A stretch of 60,176 bases of DNA from a virus. Every line of letters starts with the position of its first letter. The first letter of the stretch is position 1. Of this stretch, positions 1 to 9,526 are shown one piece after another. The translations under genes and the position numbers were made by a program. The notes under the pieces are model-generated. The model searched no databases, had not been told where the DNA came from, and was given only the letters and a program-made list of their open reading frames with translations. The stretch spans positions 1 through 60,176 of the IMG/VR virus record IMGVR_UViG_3300045988_161285; one strand, 5' to 3'.

Positions 1-72
1 TATCAAAACCAGAATGCCTATAACGGGAAGAAGGGAAATACAATCAATTAGAAGTTGTTGTTTGTCATTCAT
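1..72 (-). CDS. 5' end (24 codons) of an outward-reading membrane-protein gene, cut by the window edge
   Basis: ATG at 72-70 (rc), MNDKQQLLIDCISLLPVIGILVLI, hydrophobic; near-identical paralogous start at 60105-60176. Confidence 0.5.
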   Translation of the reverse strand, partial: MNDKQQLLIDCISLLPVIGILVLI

Positions 73-285
73 AATACAATAGGGATTAGAATACAAATAT
101 AAACATTATTTTGTATAAAACAACCCTCTATAATAGGAATTTCTGACAAAAAAGAAACGAACTATTATTACAATATAAACGAAAAGAGCGACTATTCAGC
201 CGCCCCTTTCGCATTAACGAGATAGACATAAAAGTATCTCAAATCATCTCTGTAGATGGATGCCGAACCACTACAGAGTTTCCAT

Positions 286-612
286 TCATTCTACAGTTTC
301 TCCTTTTTCATTCAGAAGTACCGTCACTTCTTCAGTGGATTGATTTTCCTTGGTGATGGTCAACACAACCTTATAAATCTTACCGGTTTCTTTCTCGGAA
401 ATGAAAGCCTCCTTTATTACAGCCCCCTCATAGTCCTTAGCCAAGACATTCATAACTGCCTGAGGCAAGTCTTTTACTTCCACTTTTGTGAACTCATCCT
501 GAGGATTTTGCTGAGTTTGCTCTACAGACTGTGTTCCAGAAACCACGTAAGCAAATGCTACTGAACTGCCTAATCCCATAACCATTGCTAATGCTACCAA
601 TACTTTTTTCAT
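286..612 (-). CDS. small secreted PepSY-like/BLIP-like domain protein
   Basis: ATG at 612; signal peptide MKKVLVALAMVMGLGSSVAFA; 108 aa; about three quarters identical to paralog at 59144-59470. Confidence 0.6.
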   Translation of the reverse strand: MKKVLVALAMVMGLGSSVAFAYVVSGTQSVEQTQQNPQDEFTKVEVKDLPQAVMNVLAKDYEGAVIKEAFISEKETGKIYKVVLTITKENQSTEEVTVLLNEKGETVE

Positions 613-741
613 AATCGTAAGTTTTAAGTAAATAAATATAGTTTTTGTATTAACTATAGGACAAACGATATGCCATGATGTACATCAGTACATAATACAT
701 TATACATCAGCATATTATAAAAACAAGAAGGAATAATTATG

Positions 742-770
742 TGTGGAAATATGTGGAACTGAGTACCACA
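742..770. promoter_or_regulatory. cluster of TGTGGAA / TACCACA boxes upstream of the PepSY-like gene
   Basis: TGTGGAA at 742-748 and 752-758, inverted TACCACA at 764-770; equivalent cluster at 58959-59006 in the right arm. Confidence 0.4.
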
Positions 771-1358
771 CATGGGGAATAATTACACAATATGGATTAC
801 TTAATTCCTGGGAAATGGAACAAGGCAGCTGAATAAGCTGCCCCTTCTATAAAACAGTCAACAAACAGACATTCACTAATCAAATGGCATAAACATAAGC
901 ATAAATAACCCGGCTAAAGCCATAGCAAATGCAATTACCATACAAAACTCTTTTTTCATAACTAATAATTTGGTTAAACACATATTTCCATCGCACGTTC
1001 AACAACGCACTCTTGTCTCCGACAAAACCTCAGCCGCATAAAAGCTGAGGTCCAGCATGTTCCTTTCAATATATACAATCAATTAGAGCACACAATGTTG
1101 GAACATTCTGCAAATCCAGTATAAAGAAACTGCAATGGCTGAAAGAAGGACTATACTAACACTATATACCGGATTCTACTATAAAGACAACTGCTTTTCT
1201 GAAATTCCCTACGTGACTTGAGGGAATTTTATAAAAGAAAGGGCCCAAATGAAAAAGCCCCGACGAAAGCCGGGACATGTCACACACAATAGATATGAAT
1301 TATTACTGAAATCTGAATATAAAGGCAGCTTATTCAGCTACCCATCTAACACATAATA

Positions 1359-1859
1359 CTATTTTAATAGAGATATTATCTCATTAGGAGTATAAATTAC
1401 ATGGTCAGCATCTGATCCTAACAATGACTCTTCATTAGCACTTCCCCATAAACAAGCAACACTTTCAATTCCCGCTCCATTTGAAGCTATCACATCACTA
1501 ACCTCATCCCCAAAAGAAATAACATCTTCCGCACTTAAACCTAATTGAGTCAATGCTAAATTCATTCCTTCCGAGTTTGGCTTTTGTAATTTAACATCAT
1601 GATAAGCAACAACTGTATCAAAAGGTATATTGAAATGATTTAATACTTTCTTTACATAAACAGAAGGGGCTTTACTCACAATTCCAACTTTTAAATCATT
1701 ATCTCTTATAAATTCAAAAACTTTATCATAAGCTTCATATAATACAAATTTAGAAATCAGTGAATAAACTATATTCCAATCGCGAGCACTTCTATACGAC
1801 TTAGCAATATTTGAGTCTACTAAGGTTTGATCAAGATCAAAAATTATACCTTTCTTCAT
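1359..1859 (-). CDS. HAD-superfamily phosphatase
   Basis: motif I DLDQT near N-terminus, VSKAP, K...GDEVSD; last gene of a 4-gene operon. Confidence 0.75.
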   Translation of the reverse strand: MKKGIIFDLDQTLVDSNIAKSYRSARDWNIVYSLISKFVLYEAYDKVFEFIRDNDLKVGIVSKAPSVYVKKVLNHFNIPFDTVVAYHDVKLQKPNSEGMNLALTQLGLSAEDVISFGDEVSDVIASNGAGIESVACLWGSANEESLLGSDADHVIYTPNEIISLLK

Positions 1860-1870
1860 AAATATACATA

Positions 1871-2860
1871 TTAGAATAATAGCTGTGATTCATAATCATG
1901 TTTATACTGAAGTTGTTTTCCTGACTGCAAGAATTTGTATAATATATTCGCTTCACGTAATTGAAGAGCTCCTTTTCTGATTAAATAACTATTTCCACAA
2001 ACATTCTCCATTTCATTCACACGCTGATCTTTATAAAAGACTGCTGCCAAAATTTTATTATTATCAATGGTCGTTTGGACAGCATGCATTGTACCACCCT
2101 TCATCCCAGTTTGAATTACAATTGTAGCAATAGCTAAACCCGCTTGTAACCTATCTCTTTCTACAAAGTTCGTTTTAAAAGCAGGAGAGCCATAAAAATA
2201 CTCGGATAGTAGTACTCCACCTTTCTCTACTATTTCTATAGCAATGCTTTCATGTGCCTTTGGAGAAATAGTATGAAGACCATGAGCTAATATAGCTGTA
2301 GTTGTTCCATTTTTTACAGATAAGGCAGCTTTATGAGCAATAGTATCACATCCTAATGCTAAGCCACTAACAATATTAAATCCTTTCTCTGCAAAATATT
2401 CTCCATAATATTGCCCTGCTTCTTCTCCTTCTATTGTAGGGTGTCTTGTCCCAATTATTGCAATTGATTTCTTATTATTAATACTATTAATATCACCCTT
2501 ATAATTAAGTACTATTGGAGCTACATCTTTAAATCTATTATTACTATATGATTTCAGTTCTTTAAGTTGTATCGGAAACAAATTATCATATTGAGAAATA
2601 ATATGTACGCCGTTATTCAAAGATTCATCTAAAACTCTTTGAGCTTCATCAATAGCTTTCTGAAAAAGATCTGGAGTCAACTCTTTGTTTAATCTTATAT
2701 AATGAGTTTTTATGCACTCCTGTACATATGACACAATGTCATTATCAGAAAATAGGTTACATTCTATCATAGCTTTAGCTACCACCTCCACAGTCTTAGG
2801 GCCAAAACCTGGTAAATGTTTCAGTTTAATAATTAATTCCGTTTCTTTAGATATGCTCAT
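1871..2860 (-). CDS. DprA/Smf-like DNA-processing protein (ShosA-like)
   Basis: LKHLPGFGPKT HhH-like N-terminus; Rossmann core IAIIGTRHPT, IVSGLALGCDTIAH, ERDRLQAGL, KGGTMH; ATG 2860 preferred over TTG 2866. Confidence 0.8.
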   Translation of the reverse strand: MSISKETELIIKLKHLPGFGPKTVEVVAKAMIECNLFSDNDIVSYVQECIKTHYIRLNKELTPDLFQKAIDEAQRVLDESLNNGVHIISQYDNLFPIQLKELKSYSNNRFKDVAPIVLNYKGDINSINNKKSIAIIGTRHPTIEGEEAGQYYGEYFAEKGFNIVSGLALGCDTIAHKAALSVKNGTTTAILAHGLHTISPKAHESIAIEIVEKGGVLLSEYFYGSPAFKTNFVERDRLQAGLAIATIVIQTGMKGGTMHAVQTTIDNNKILAAVFYKDQRVNEMENVCGNSYLIRKGALQLREANILYKFLQSGKQLQYKHDYESQLLF

Positions 2861-2866
2861 ATTCAA

Positions 2867-3460
2867 TTATAAATTTTCGTTAGCATGCTCATCATGAATT
2901 GTTCTCGCAATACAAAATAAATAAAAAGTTGCGTTAGGCCATTCTTCTTTTAATGTTTTTATTATTTCAGCAGATGTGACGCAAGCTGTTGAAATATCAT
3001 CGACAATCAACACAGATTTATTATTAAGATCTTGTTTTACCTCTATTTCAAAAACCCCCTCCATTTCTACCCTCCTAGAAGCTAAATCCGGTAATCTATG
3101 TAGAGGAGTAGTTACCCTTTTTTTCTTTAACAAACGCGGTAAATATGCCGCAGAAACAGCATCTGCAATAGCAATAGCTAAAGGTCTTAATTTTGCAGAT
3201 TTCAATGCTGTTGTTTCAGAACTTCCTAATGTTCTAATAACATAATCAAACTTTAAGTTTGCGCTATTTATGGCTTCAATGCATTTATCGATAATATACT
3301 GGTCATTTTCATCATTCTTGTTCCATTTAAATTGCTTAATCATGCTAGTCCACTTGGTTGTATCTGTATATCCTTTAGGAATATAATATACTATATGGTA
3401 TGCCTCTTCTAGACCTGCGTCTGTATATTGAGGATCATTTGATAAACTTTTTAATTTCAT
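2867..3460 (-). CDS. phosphoribosyltransferase-fold protein (ComF/ShosT-like), diverged copy
   Basis: PRPP-loop-like VLIVDDISTACVT (Gly missing); paralogous layout to the upstream gene. Confidence 0.6.
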   Translation of the reverse strand: MKLKSLSNDPQYTDAGLEEAYHIVYYIPKGYTDTTKWTSMIKQFKWNKNDENDQYIIDKCIEAINSANLKFDYVIRTLGSSETTALKSAKLRPLAIAIADAVSAAYLPRLLKKKRVTTPLHRLPDLASRRVEMEGVFEIEVKQDLNNKSVLIVDDISTACVTSAEIIKTLKEEWPNATFYLFCIARTIHDEHANENL

Positions 3461-3463
3461 ACA

Positions 3464-4075
3464 TTACTCTCTTGTTGTTTTTGATAAAAAAATACCAGTG
3501 ACACTTTTAGCACCAGTTTCTAATAGTTTAGCAGAGACTTGTTTAAAGGAGGAGCCTGATGTAATAACATCGTCAAACAGCAATACATTTTTACCTTTAT
3601 ACTGTTCTGAGTTTATTGTTAGATATGGTGTTATATTTTTATTACTAGTACCTTTCGTTTCTTCATGTTCAATTGCAGAAAGGTAGTTAAAACCGTTTTC
3701 AATATTTAAAACTTTAGCTACTATACTACAAAAATATTCAAAACGCTTATTTGTCTTTTCCAGTTTTGAAGCAGGTATTATCATCAAACAAGTGTTTTCA
3801 AGATTAACTCCTTCCTTTTTAATACTTTCCACTATTATGTTAGCAGCAGATTCAACAGCAGCTTTATGTCCATCTTTAAAACTATATATAAAATTACGAA
3901 TAGTCTTTATATTATTATCTACATCATTTCCTATTCCAGATAAAGGGTAATAATCATGAATTACATAGTACTTACATTCTTTAAAAGCCATGCTTTTTTC
4001 TTTTCTTATTCGAACTAAGCATGAATCACGATGACGGAATTCTTTAATTTTCTTATCATATTTAAGAGTGTACAT
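3464..4075 (-). CDS. type I phosphoribosyltransferase-fold protein (ComF/ShosT-like)
   Basis: PRPP-binding loop VLLFDDVITSGSS; first gene behind the promoter box at 4105-4112. Confidence 0.7.
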   Translation of the reverse strand: MYTLKYDKKIKEFRHRDSCLVRIRKEKSMAFKECKYYVIHDYYPLSGIGNDVDNNIKTIRNFIYSFKDGHKAAVESAANIIVESIKKEGVNLENTCLMIIPASKLEKTNKRFEYFCSIVAKVLNIENGFNYLSAIEHEETKGTSNKNITPYLTINSEQYKGKNVLLFDDVITSGSSFKQVSAKLLETGAKSVTGIFLSKTTRE

Positions 4076-4104
4076 AGCATTTTATGTTTAAGGATTAGTG
4101 ATTT

Positions 4105-4112
4105 CAAAAATA
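4105..4112 (-). promoter_or_regulatory. Bacteroidota-type -7 box (TATTTTTG on minus strand)
   Basis: caaaaata on plus strand, 30 nt upstream of ATG 4075. Confidence 0.45.
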
Positions 4113-4276
4113 AAAAATAAATATCAAAAAAAACAGTTTTAGAAGAATGTTTATAAACATAAAGCCAAACTTCATTACATTTGGTCGAACTCCATTCATA
4201 ATTGGAGAGTCTATATTAAGTGTTACAACAGCCATTCATGTCTGTACGCAATGTATTAAATGTAAATGAGACAAGT

Positions 4277-4310
4277 AAAAAAGTTGCCCCGAATCAGAGA
4301 GACGGGGCAA
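4277..4310 (-). terminator. rho-independent terminator after the XRE-M78 gene
   Basis: 8-bp stem ttgccccg/cggggcaa followed by a U-run on the minus strand (A-run 4277-4283). Confidence 0.65.
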
Positions 4311-4338
4311 TTATTCATGTATGAGAAAGCTAGAACTA

Positions 4339-5409
4339 CTACAACAAAATTTTTAACCTATAATTCTTTCTATTTAACATAGTACACAAGTTCTGAAAAT
4401 CAGCAACAGACAACCCAACAAGATTTGATAATTCCTCTTCAGAATAATCTAAATCATAAAGATGAGCATCAATCATCTTTTTCAATAACACTGGCTGATC
4501 TATATCGACTTTTTCTGTTTCTTCTTTTCTTTGTCCAGTCTTACTTAGAGTCATCATGTAATATTTATAACTATTATCGCTCAGAGAACCAATTTCTCTA
4601 GCTCGATGTAATATAGCAGCCTTAGACATTTTCCAATACATTTTTAGGTTGCCTAAATCGCCATATCTAATATTAAATAAAGAACGCTTACATTCTACAA
4701 ATGGTAAATTGAATTCTGCAGAAAACTCATTTGCCTGCCTTTCTTTTTCTTGATCTTCGACATCGTCAAAAGGTACGCGAAGGTGCATGACTAAGTGACC
4801 TAATTCATGTCCGATAGTAAACCTTTTCCTATCGTTTGGCATATTGGCATTTACAAAGATAACAGGTTGAGATTTTTTCGTAAACTTAGTGACTCCGTCA
4901 AACTTGTCATTATCAATATCTAGAAAGATGACTATTACCCCATTCTTTTCTAAAACATTAACGATTCGTTCTAATGGTCCCCGCTGAATACCAAGATATT
5001 CTCTTAATTTAAAAGCAATAACTGATGGGGTATTACTCCCTGATACATCGCAATGAGGGATATTCAACTCAGGAACATCTACAGACTCCATTAATTCATC
5101 TATTACCATATTAAGAATGTCAACTTTGGCCTCGAGTATAGATAATTGTTTTTGAGACATACTTACTCGCTTCCGATAAAATAGAGAACCGTTTGAACTA
5201 GCCTGGCTTTCCTTATAAAAAAAACATAGAGGATAGTCCAGTACCTTTGAGATTTCCGCAAGCAATGAATCAGATATAGATAATAACCCTTTTTCTATTC
5301 TGGAAAGATTTCCTTGAGTCAACCCTTTTACTTCTTTTGATAATCCAGACTGAGTCATACCTCTGCTTTCACGCGCTAAAGTAATATTTCGATAATTAAT
5401 AGTGTTCAT
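4339..5409 (-). CDS. XRE-family HTH fused to ImmA/IrrE (M78) zinc metallopeptidase
   Basis: N-terminal HTH MTQSGLSKEVKGLTQGNLSRIEKG; HEXXH site IGHELGHLVMH. Confidence 0.8.
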   Translation of the reverse strand: MNTINYRNITLARESRGMTQSGLSKEVKGLTQGNLSRIEKGLLSISDSLLAEISKVLDYPLCFFYKESQASSNGSLFYRKRVSMSQKQLSILEAKVDILNMVIDELMESVDVPELNIPHCDVSGSNTPSVIAFKLREYLGIQRGPLERIVNVLEKNGVIVIFLDIDNDKFDGVTKFTKKSQPVIFVNANMPNDRKRFTIGHELGHLVMHLRVPFDDVEDQEKERQANEFSAEFNLPFVECKRSLFNIRYGDLGNLKMYWKMSKAAILHRAREIGSLSDNSYKYYMMTLSKTGQRKEETEKVDIDQPVLLKKMIDAHLYDLDYSEEELSNLVGLSVADFQNLCTMLNRKNYRLKILL

Positions 5410-5436
5410 AATAAATTCTCCATAATAGCCTATTTT

Positions 5437-6084
5437 TTAAAAAGACTCTTTCCTTTTTTTCTGTTTTTTTATTGTAACAGATGCATCATTGTTAGATTTT
5501 AAAACACTAATGACTTTACTGGCATTAAATGCTAAATCGACAATATTTGATACCCATTCTTTTTTCCCATTTTCCATGTGAATTGCATATATACCACATA
5601 TTGATGTATTAGACTTATCAACCTGATAACCAATATAAGTAATGGGAAAGGTATCAGAAACATCTGTTGTTTTTTGCTCATTATACATTTGCACCTTTTT
5701 CGTATTCCACCCAGAAGGACGAAGAAACTTATCCACCTTCTTAAAGAAAAGTTTATTCACTCCAACCTTGGAATAAAAACGTCGTGCATTCCCACTCACT
5801 TCTCCACACTCAAAATAAGGAATATCACTGATTTTACCTTGTACAAATGAATTTAAATTGTTTGACTCAAAGTTTCGATTCTGGTAATGTCTTGGATAAG
5901 AATTACATAACTTTTTACTTTCAGAATACGCGCTTTCTATTGCATCGACTATATCAGCCGAATAAGGCAATATGTACTCCTCAAATTCTTGTTGAGTCAT
6001 CGTTTTACGTGGCATCATTTCCTCATCTGAAAATAATTGCATACCTTTGCCCGCAATTAAGGGGCTTTTAATCTGTTTTTTCAT
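5437..6084 (-). CDS. hypothetical protein, upstream partner of the XRE-M78 gene (candidate toxin/effector)
   Basis: start moved to ATG 6084 (MKKQIK) behind AAAGGAGG; no recognisable domain; 27-nt gap to the next gene. Confidence 0.5.
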   Translation of the reverse strand: MKKQIKSPLIAGKGMQLFSDEEMMPRKTMTQQEFEEYILPYSADIVDAIESAYSESKKLCNSYPRHYQNRNFESNNLNSFVQGKISDIPYFECGEVSGNARRFYSKVGVNKLFFKKVDKFLRPSGWNTKKVQMYNEQKTTDVSDTFPITYIGYQVDKSNTSICGIYAIHMENGKKEWVSNIVDLAFNASKVISVLKSNNDASVTIKKQKKRKESF

Positions 6085-6116
6085 TAAACCTCCTTTTTTA
6101 TTTATTAAAACAAACC

Positions 6117-6149
6117 AGCCCCTCATCCTGCCAGATCAGGGGCTTTTTT
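6117..6149. terminator. hairpin at the end of the phage lysis operon
   Basis: agcccct ... aggggct stem with T-run on plus strand and T-rich tract on minus strand; orientation ambiguous. Confidence 0.4.
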
Positions 6150-6155
6150 CTTTTG

Positions 6156-6163
6156 CAAATATA
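6156..6163 (-). promoter_or_regulatory. -7 box TATATTTG (minus strand) for the 5437-6084 / 4339-5409 operon
   Basis: caaatata on plus strand, ~70 nt upstream of ATG 6084. Confidence 0.4.
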
Positions 6164-6362
6164 CGACTATATTTTGAAATAAATAATTTAACTAAGAAAA
6201 ATATAAATATTTTGATGTAAATAGTAGCAAAAAATATGTTAACAACAAAATTTTGTTTTATCAGTAATATGTAATCAACCTCCCTATAATCACGAGAATA
6301 ATCTTGATTGAGGCAACATTATCTCATTATTTCTCCACATAGATACTGGATATTCGATAAGA

Positions 6363-6824
6363 TCACCACCAAAACAAATTATAGCTCACCCCACCACCGA
6401 CATAAAAACCACCCGGATAGCCATACCCTGCCTGTAACCCTAATCCCCAACGCTTCTTCTTCGACTTGACAACCACCGGATGATAGATATCATTCGTCAC
6501 CGTCTGATACACAGTCTTAGGAAATACCAGCAAACTATCCAGCCGAGGGTCAACATATCCGCTCACCACAGCACGATACGAACTGTCTCTATATATCACT
6601 TGCTTACGATGAAGCAAGGTATCACCTATCCGTGTCGTATCATCCGGCACGAAACGCCAGAACACAGCCATCGGTGCAGAGATAAGCATCGTATCTACCT
6701 TGACAACCGTCTTTATCTTCGTCTCTACACGAACTTCAGCCGGAGGCTGCTCATGCGGACGGAACCAAACCACTATACAAGCAATTGCCAGCAGTACAAT
6801 TAATATCCACGGTAACTTTTTCAT
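6363..6824 (-). CDS. membrane-anchored lysis accessory protein (spanin-like, tentative)
   Basis: N-terminal [22 protein letters not shown]; Gly/aromatic C-terminus [11 protein letters not shown]; 4-nt overlap with the endolysin gene. Confidence 0.4.
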   Translation of the reverse strand: MKKLPWILIVLLAIACIVVWFRPHEQPPAEVRVETKIKTVVKVDTMLISAPMAVFWRFVPDDTTRIGDTLLHRKQVIYRDSSYRAVVSGYVDPRLDSLLVFPKTVYQTVTNDIYHPVVVKSKKKRWGLGLQAGYGYPGGFYVGGGVSYNLFWW

Positions 6825-7345
6825 TCCTCGAATCTCAAATCATTAATCCGATTCATCCAACCTCTCTTAAATTTATTGTTCGCCGGACGTTTTTTGCATA
6901 TATCCTCGATGAAATCGAACCGTGCAATCTTGATCTGGTCGAACAACTCACGCGGGTTCCTGGCATTCACCGCAGCAATGGTCTTAGGACCTACTATTCC
7001 ATCCACAGTAACACCAAGCAAACGTTGAGGAATCTTTATTCCGTGTGCACCGGATGCCCACACCCAATCGACAAGGATATTAGCAACTGATTGCGATTTA
7101 ATATCGTCAGCTTTCCATCTGTCCCAATAATGCGGCTTGAGCACCCGTTTAACGACATCCTCACGGGTAAGCAGATGCAGGTCATCTACGTCTATATCAC
7201 CGTCGCCGTCCTTGTCATAGCCGCATGACTTCCACGTACCGATAGTCACACCCATATTTGTAGCACCTCCAAGGTCTGCCGGATCATTCACGAAACCGCC
7301 TTCCCATTTTAGGATAAACGGTGCAAGTTGATTCACATTCGCCAT
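6821..7345 (-). CDS. endolysin, GH108 muramidase with PG_binding_3-like C-terminus
   Basis: [22 protein letters not shown] signature; C-terminal [13 protein letters not shown]. Confidence 0.85.
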   Translation of the reverse strand: MANVNQLAPFILKWEGGFVNDPADLGGATNMGVTIGTWKSCGYDKDGDGDIDVDDLHLLTREDVVKRVLKPHYWDRWKADDIKSQSVANILVDWVWASGAHGIKIPQRLLGVTVDGIVGPKTIAAVNARNPRELFDQIKIARFDFIEDICKKRPANNKFKRGWMNRINDLRFEE

Positions 7346-7367
7346 TTCAATTTTCCTCCTTATTCAA

Positions 7368-7709
7368 TTAATACCCATTTTGCGGTTCTCTATCACCGCA
7401 CTTCTTTCTCTCACACCGTTTCAGTGCCAGTTCCAGTTTCAAGTCAGAATTAGCCTCCTTCAGTGTAAATAACTCATCCTGCACCTTACGGAGCCGGTCT
7501 GTCTGCTCCACAAACCGCTGTTCCTTCACCGAAAGCTGCTTCTGCAGGAACTCGTTGTACTCCCGTAATGCCTTGAACTCCTCGACATCAGCATGTGCGT
7601 CCTCAATACGCGCATTGGTCTTGCGCGACATCCACCACTTAATAAGCTGCTTGATGCCCTCGATGCCACCGAGGGCGGTCACCAGCATAACCCAATCATT
7701 CATATCCAT
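7368..7709 (-). CDS. lysis-cassette membrane protein (holin-like, tentative)
   Basis: one N-terminal hydrophobic helix WVMLVTALGGIEGI, then coiled coil; immediately upstream of the endolysin. Confidence 0.4.
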   Translation of the reverse strand: MDMNDWVMLVTALGGIEGIKQLIKWWMSRKTNARIEDAHADVEEFKALREYNEFLQKQLSVKEQRFVEQTDRLRKVQDELFTLKEANSDLKLELALKRCERKKCGDREPQNGY

Positions 7710-7762
7710 TTCACCAATTCATTTAATAATCTACTAATAACCATTTTTTGTCCGACACCGCA

Positions 7763-7770
7763 CAAATGTA
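7763..7770 (-). promoter_or_regulatory. -7 box TACATTTG (minus strand) ahead of the lysis cassette
   Basis: caaatgta on plus strand, ~55 nt upstream of ATG 7709. Confidence 0.3.
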
Positions 7771-7866
7771 CATCAGGCAAAATCAAACAAGTTGTTGAAT
7801 TACAATTTTCCACTGACATTCCGTGACAGCAAAAGTAATTGCTTCCACAACCTTGAAAAAGGACAT

Positions 7867-7909
7867 AAAAAAAGAGCTCGATGACAACGTAAGTTGCCAC
7901 TAAGCTCTT
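7867..7909 (-). terminator. rho-independent terminator after the invertase gene
   Basis: stem aagagct/agctctt with inner stem, followed on the minus strand by UUUUUUU. Confidence 0.6.
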
Positions 7910-7967
7910 GGTATTTATATACATTTCTACAAGCAAATATAGGAATTTATATTTGAAATCCGATTAC

Positions 7968-8561
7968 TTATTGCATCCTTTTTAAATGGTCATCCAATGT
8001 TTTAGGGTTACATTTAAGCTTACGACATATGGCTGCCTTTGAATAACCATATTCGAGCATAGTTCTAATGAGAGGTTCCTTTCCTGTAAGCTTGTAATGC
8101 GTGTTTTTATCCCCCTTTTTCCGACCAAGTCGTATTCCTGCAGCTTTTCTGTAAGCAAGGGCCTCCTTGGTTCGCTGACTGATCAAATCACGTTCAATCT
8201 CAGCGGATAAACCGAAAGCGAATGCCAATACCTTACTGTTGATGTTATTACCTAATTCGTAACGTTCCTTGACAGTAAGAACGCAAGTCTCCTTAATCAT
8301 ACAGAGGTGAAGCATTGACATAATACCCATCAGGTTTCTTCCTAATCGGCTGATTTCTGTTATGATTAGAGTGTCGCCTTTCTTCATCCTCTTGAGAAGC
8401 GGACCTAATTTCCTATCGTTAGCAATTTTGGTACCGGAAACCTTCTCGGACACCCATTTATCTATTACAAGTCCTTTTTCCGTTGCAAATTTCTGGACTT
8501 CGAACCTTTGGTTCTCGACAGTCTGTTTGTCTGTCGACACACGAATATATGCGTAAACCAT
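7968..8561 (-). CDS. small serine recombinase, DNA invertase (Hin/Gin/Cin family)
   Basis: AYIRVSTDKQ catalytic-Ser motif, GDTLIITEISRLGRN, C-terminal HTH; true start ATG 8561 (MVYAYIRV). Confidence 0.9.
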   Translation of the reverse strand: MVYAYIRVSTDKQTVENQRFEVQKFATEKGLVIDKWVSEKVSGTKIANDRKLGPLLKRMKKGDTLIITEISRLGRNLMGIMSMLHLCMIKETCVLTVKERYELGNNINSKVLAFAFGLSAEIERDLISQRTKEALAYRKAAGIRLGRKKGDKNTHYKLTGKEPLIRTMLEYGYSKAAICRKLKCNPKTLDDHLKRMQ

Positions 8562-8615
8562 TTTTGCGGTGAAGGTAGTCTTATTCAACAGCCTAACCAA
8601 AAAGGGTATTCTAAT

Positions 8616-8639
8616 GACCCTCAAAAGTACAAGGGATAT
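8616..8639 (+). repeat. invertase crossover site S1
   Basis: GACCCTCAAAAGTACAAGGGATAT; putative central AA at 8631-8632. Confidence 0.75.
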
Positions 8640-8979
8640 GATAGAAAAGGTTAATATAACAGATGCCAATGTGGTTGAGTTAATCAGAGAAAAACTGCCT
8701 GCTGCAACAGAAGCAAACAAGGGACTTATGCAAGCTAATGGATTTGAACAAGGTAAGAATATATTAAATGAAGAATACGATAGTAAAATCAGTGCCGGTG
8801 TATATTCATCTACTGATAATTTAAATAATATGGGCACTGGAATTTTATTAGCGCTAAGAGGGTTTCAATACACAGCCCATTTATATATTACCAACTCTGC
8901 AAGAATATATATTAAAACCATTCGTAGCAATGGAGAGGTTTTGAAAGATTGGACGTTAATAAATAATACCAAAACATAA
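8638..8979 (+). CDS. silent tail-fibre tip / receptor-binding cassette A (113 aa)
   Basis: ATG 8638, MIEKVNITDANV...; only the first ~8 aa are shared with the other cassettes. Confidence 0.6.
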   Translation: MIEKVNITDANVVELIREKLPAATEANKGLMQANGFEQGKNILNEEYDSKISAGVYSSTDNLNNMGTGILLALRGFQYTAHLYITNSARIYIKTIRSNGEVLKDWTLINNTKT

Positions 8980-9017
8980 GAGACTTTTGGAGTATCCATT
9001 TTCCTACCCTATCCTTT

Positions 9018-9041
9018 GACCCTCAAAAGTACAAGGGATAT
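9018..9041 (+). repeat. invertase crossover site S2
   Basis: GACCCTCAAAAGTACAAGGGATAT, identical to S1. Confidence 0.75.
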
Positions 9042-9417
9042 GATAGAGAAGATTGATATTACAGACACAAGCGTGATAAATGCCATCACAAGGCAGCTCA
9101 ATATAAAGAATATCAGGAATGAGATGTTCCCTACCTGGAGACTGACATTGCAACCGGGGGAGGAATACGATTTGAAGACATCCTATTATGGAATGTACAT
9201 GGTTCGATGGGCTGATGCTGGGGCGACAGCCTTGATAATGATCGGCGCCGGAGTATCGGCCAATATATTGTTGAATAATGGTGCGAGTATTTCCACGGAC
9301 TTCACAGAGGTCGGCAAGATTATTTTGAATAAGAAGGCTGTCAATGGCACTGTATTTGTTAAGAACAACGGAAATAAAGAAACGGGAATAAATGTCATGC
9401 AGATAACTAATTATTAG
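9040..9417 (+). CDS. silent cassette B (125 aa)
   Basis: ATG 9040, MIEKIDITDTSV...; followed by hairpin gcagggg/cccctgc. Confidence 0.6.
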   Translation: MIEKIDITDTSVINAITRQLNIKNIRNEMFPTWRLTLQPGEEYDLKTSYYGMYMVRWADAGATALIMIGAGVSANILLNNGASISTDFTEVGKIILNKKAVNGTVFVKNNGNKETGINVMQITNY

Positions 9418-9526
9418 CAGGGGTTATTCCCCTGCCTTCCTTACTCGTTCTCGATATAAATTGCTCAGTAACTTTTACTTTTATTGTGCTCATTGCTGTT
9501 TATTGCTTATTTCCGTCATATCCTTT

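Larger units (their letters stand above)
1..1145. repeat. left arm of diverged inverted repeat (partner 58950-60176)
   Basis: 1-204 is the reverse complement of 59973-60176 with few mismatches; gene block 286-800 matches 58955-59470; block 968-1143 matches 59797-59935 (inner coordinates approximate). Confidence 0.85.

Noticed and set aside
876-959. 27-aa hydrophobic ORF (MKKEFCMVIAFAMALAGLFMLMFMPFD) in the left flank
   Set aside because: It is too short to support without conservation, and no counterpart was seen in the right inverted-repeat arm.
8562-8837. N-terminal 92-aa extension of the invertase ORF in the track (ORF 7968-8837)
   Set aside because: The extension is hydrophobic nonsense read antisense to cassette A and across crossover site S1. 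The conserved resolvase/invertase N-terminus MVYAYIRVSTDKQ starts at ATG 8561.
9422-9435. 14-nt identity ggttattcccctgc between the cassette B terminator and 54630-54643
   Set aside because: No extension of similarity on either side. Matches of this length are expected by chance in a 60-kb self-comparison.
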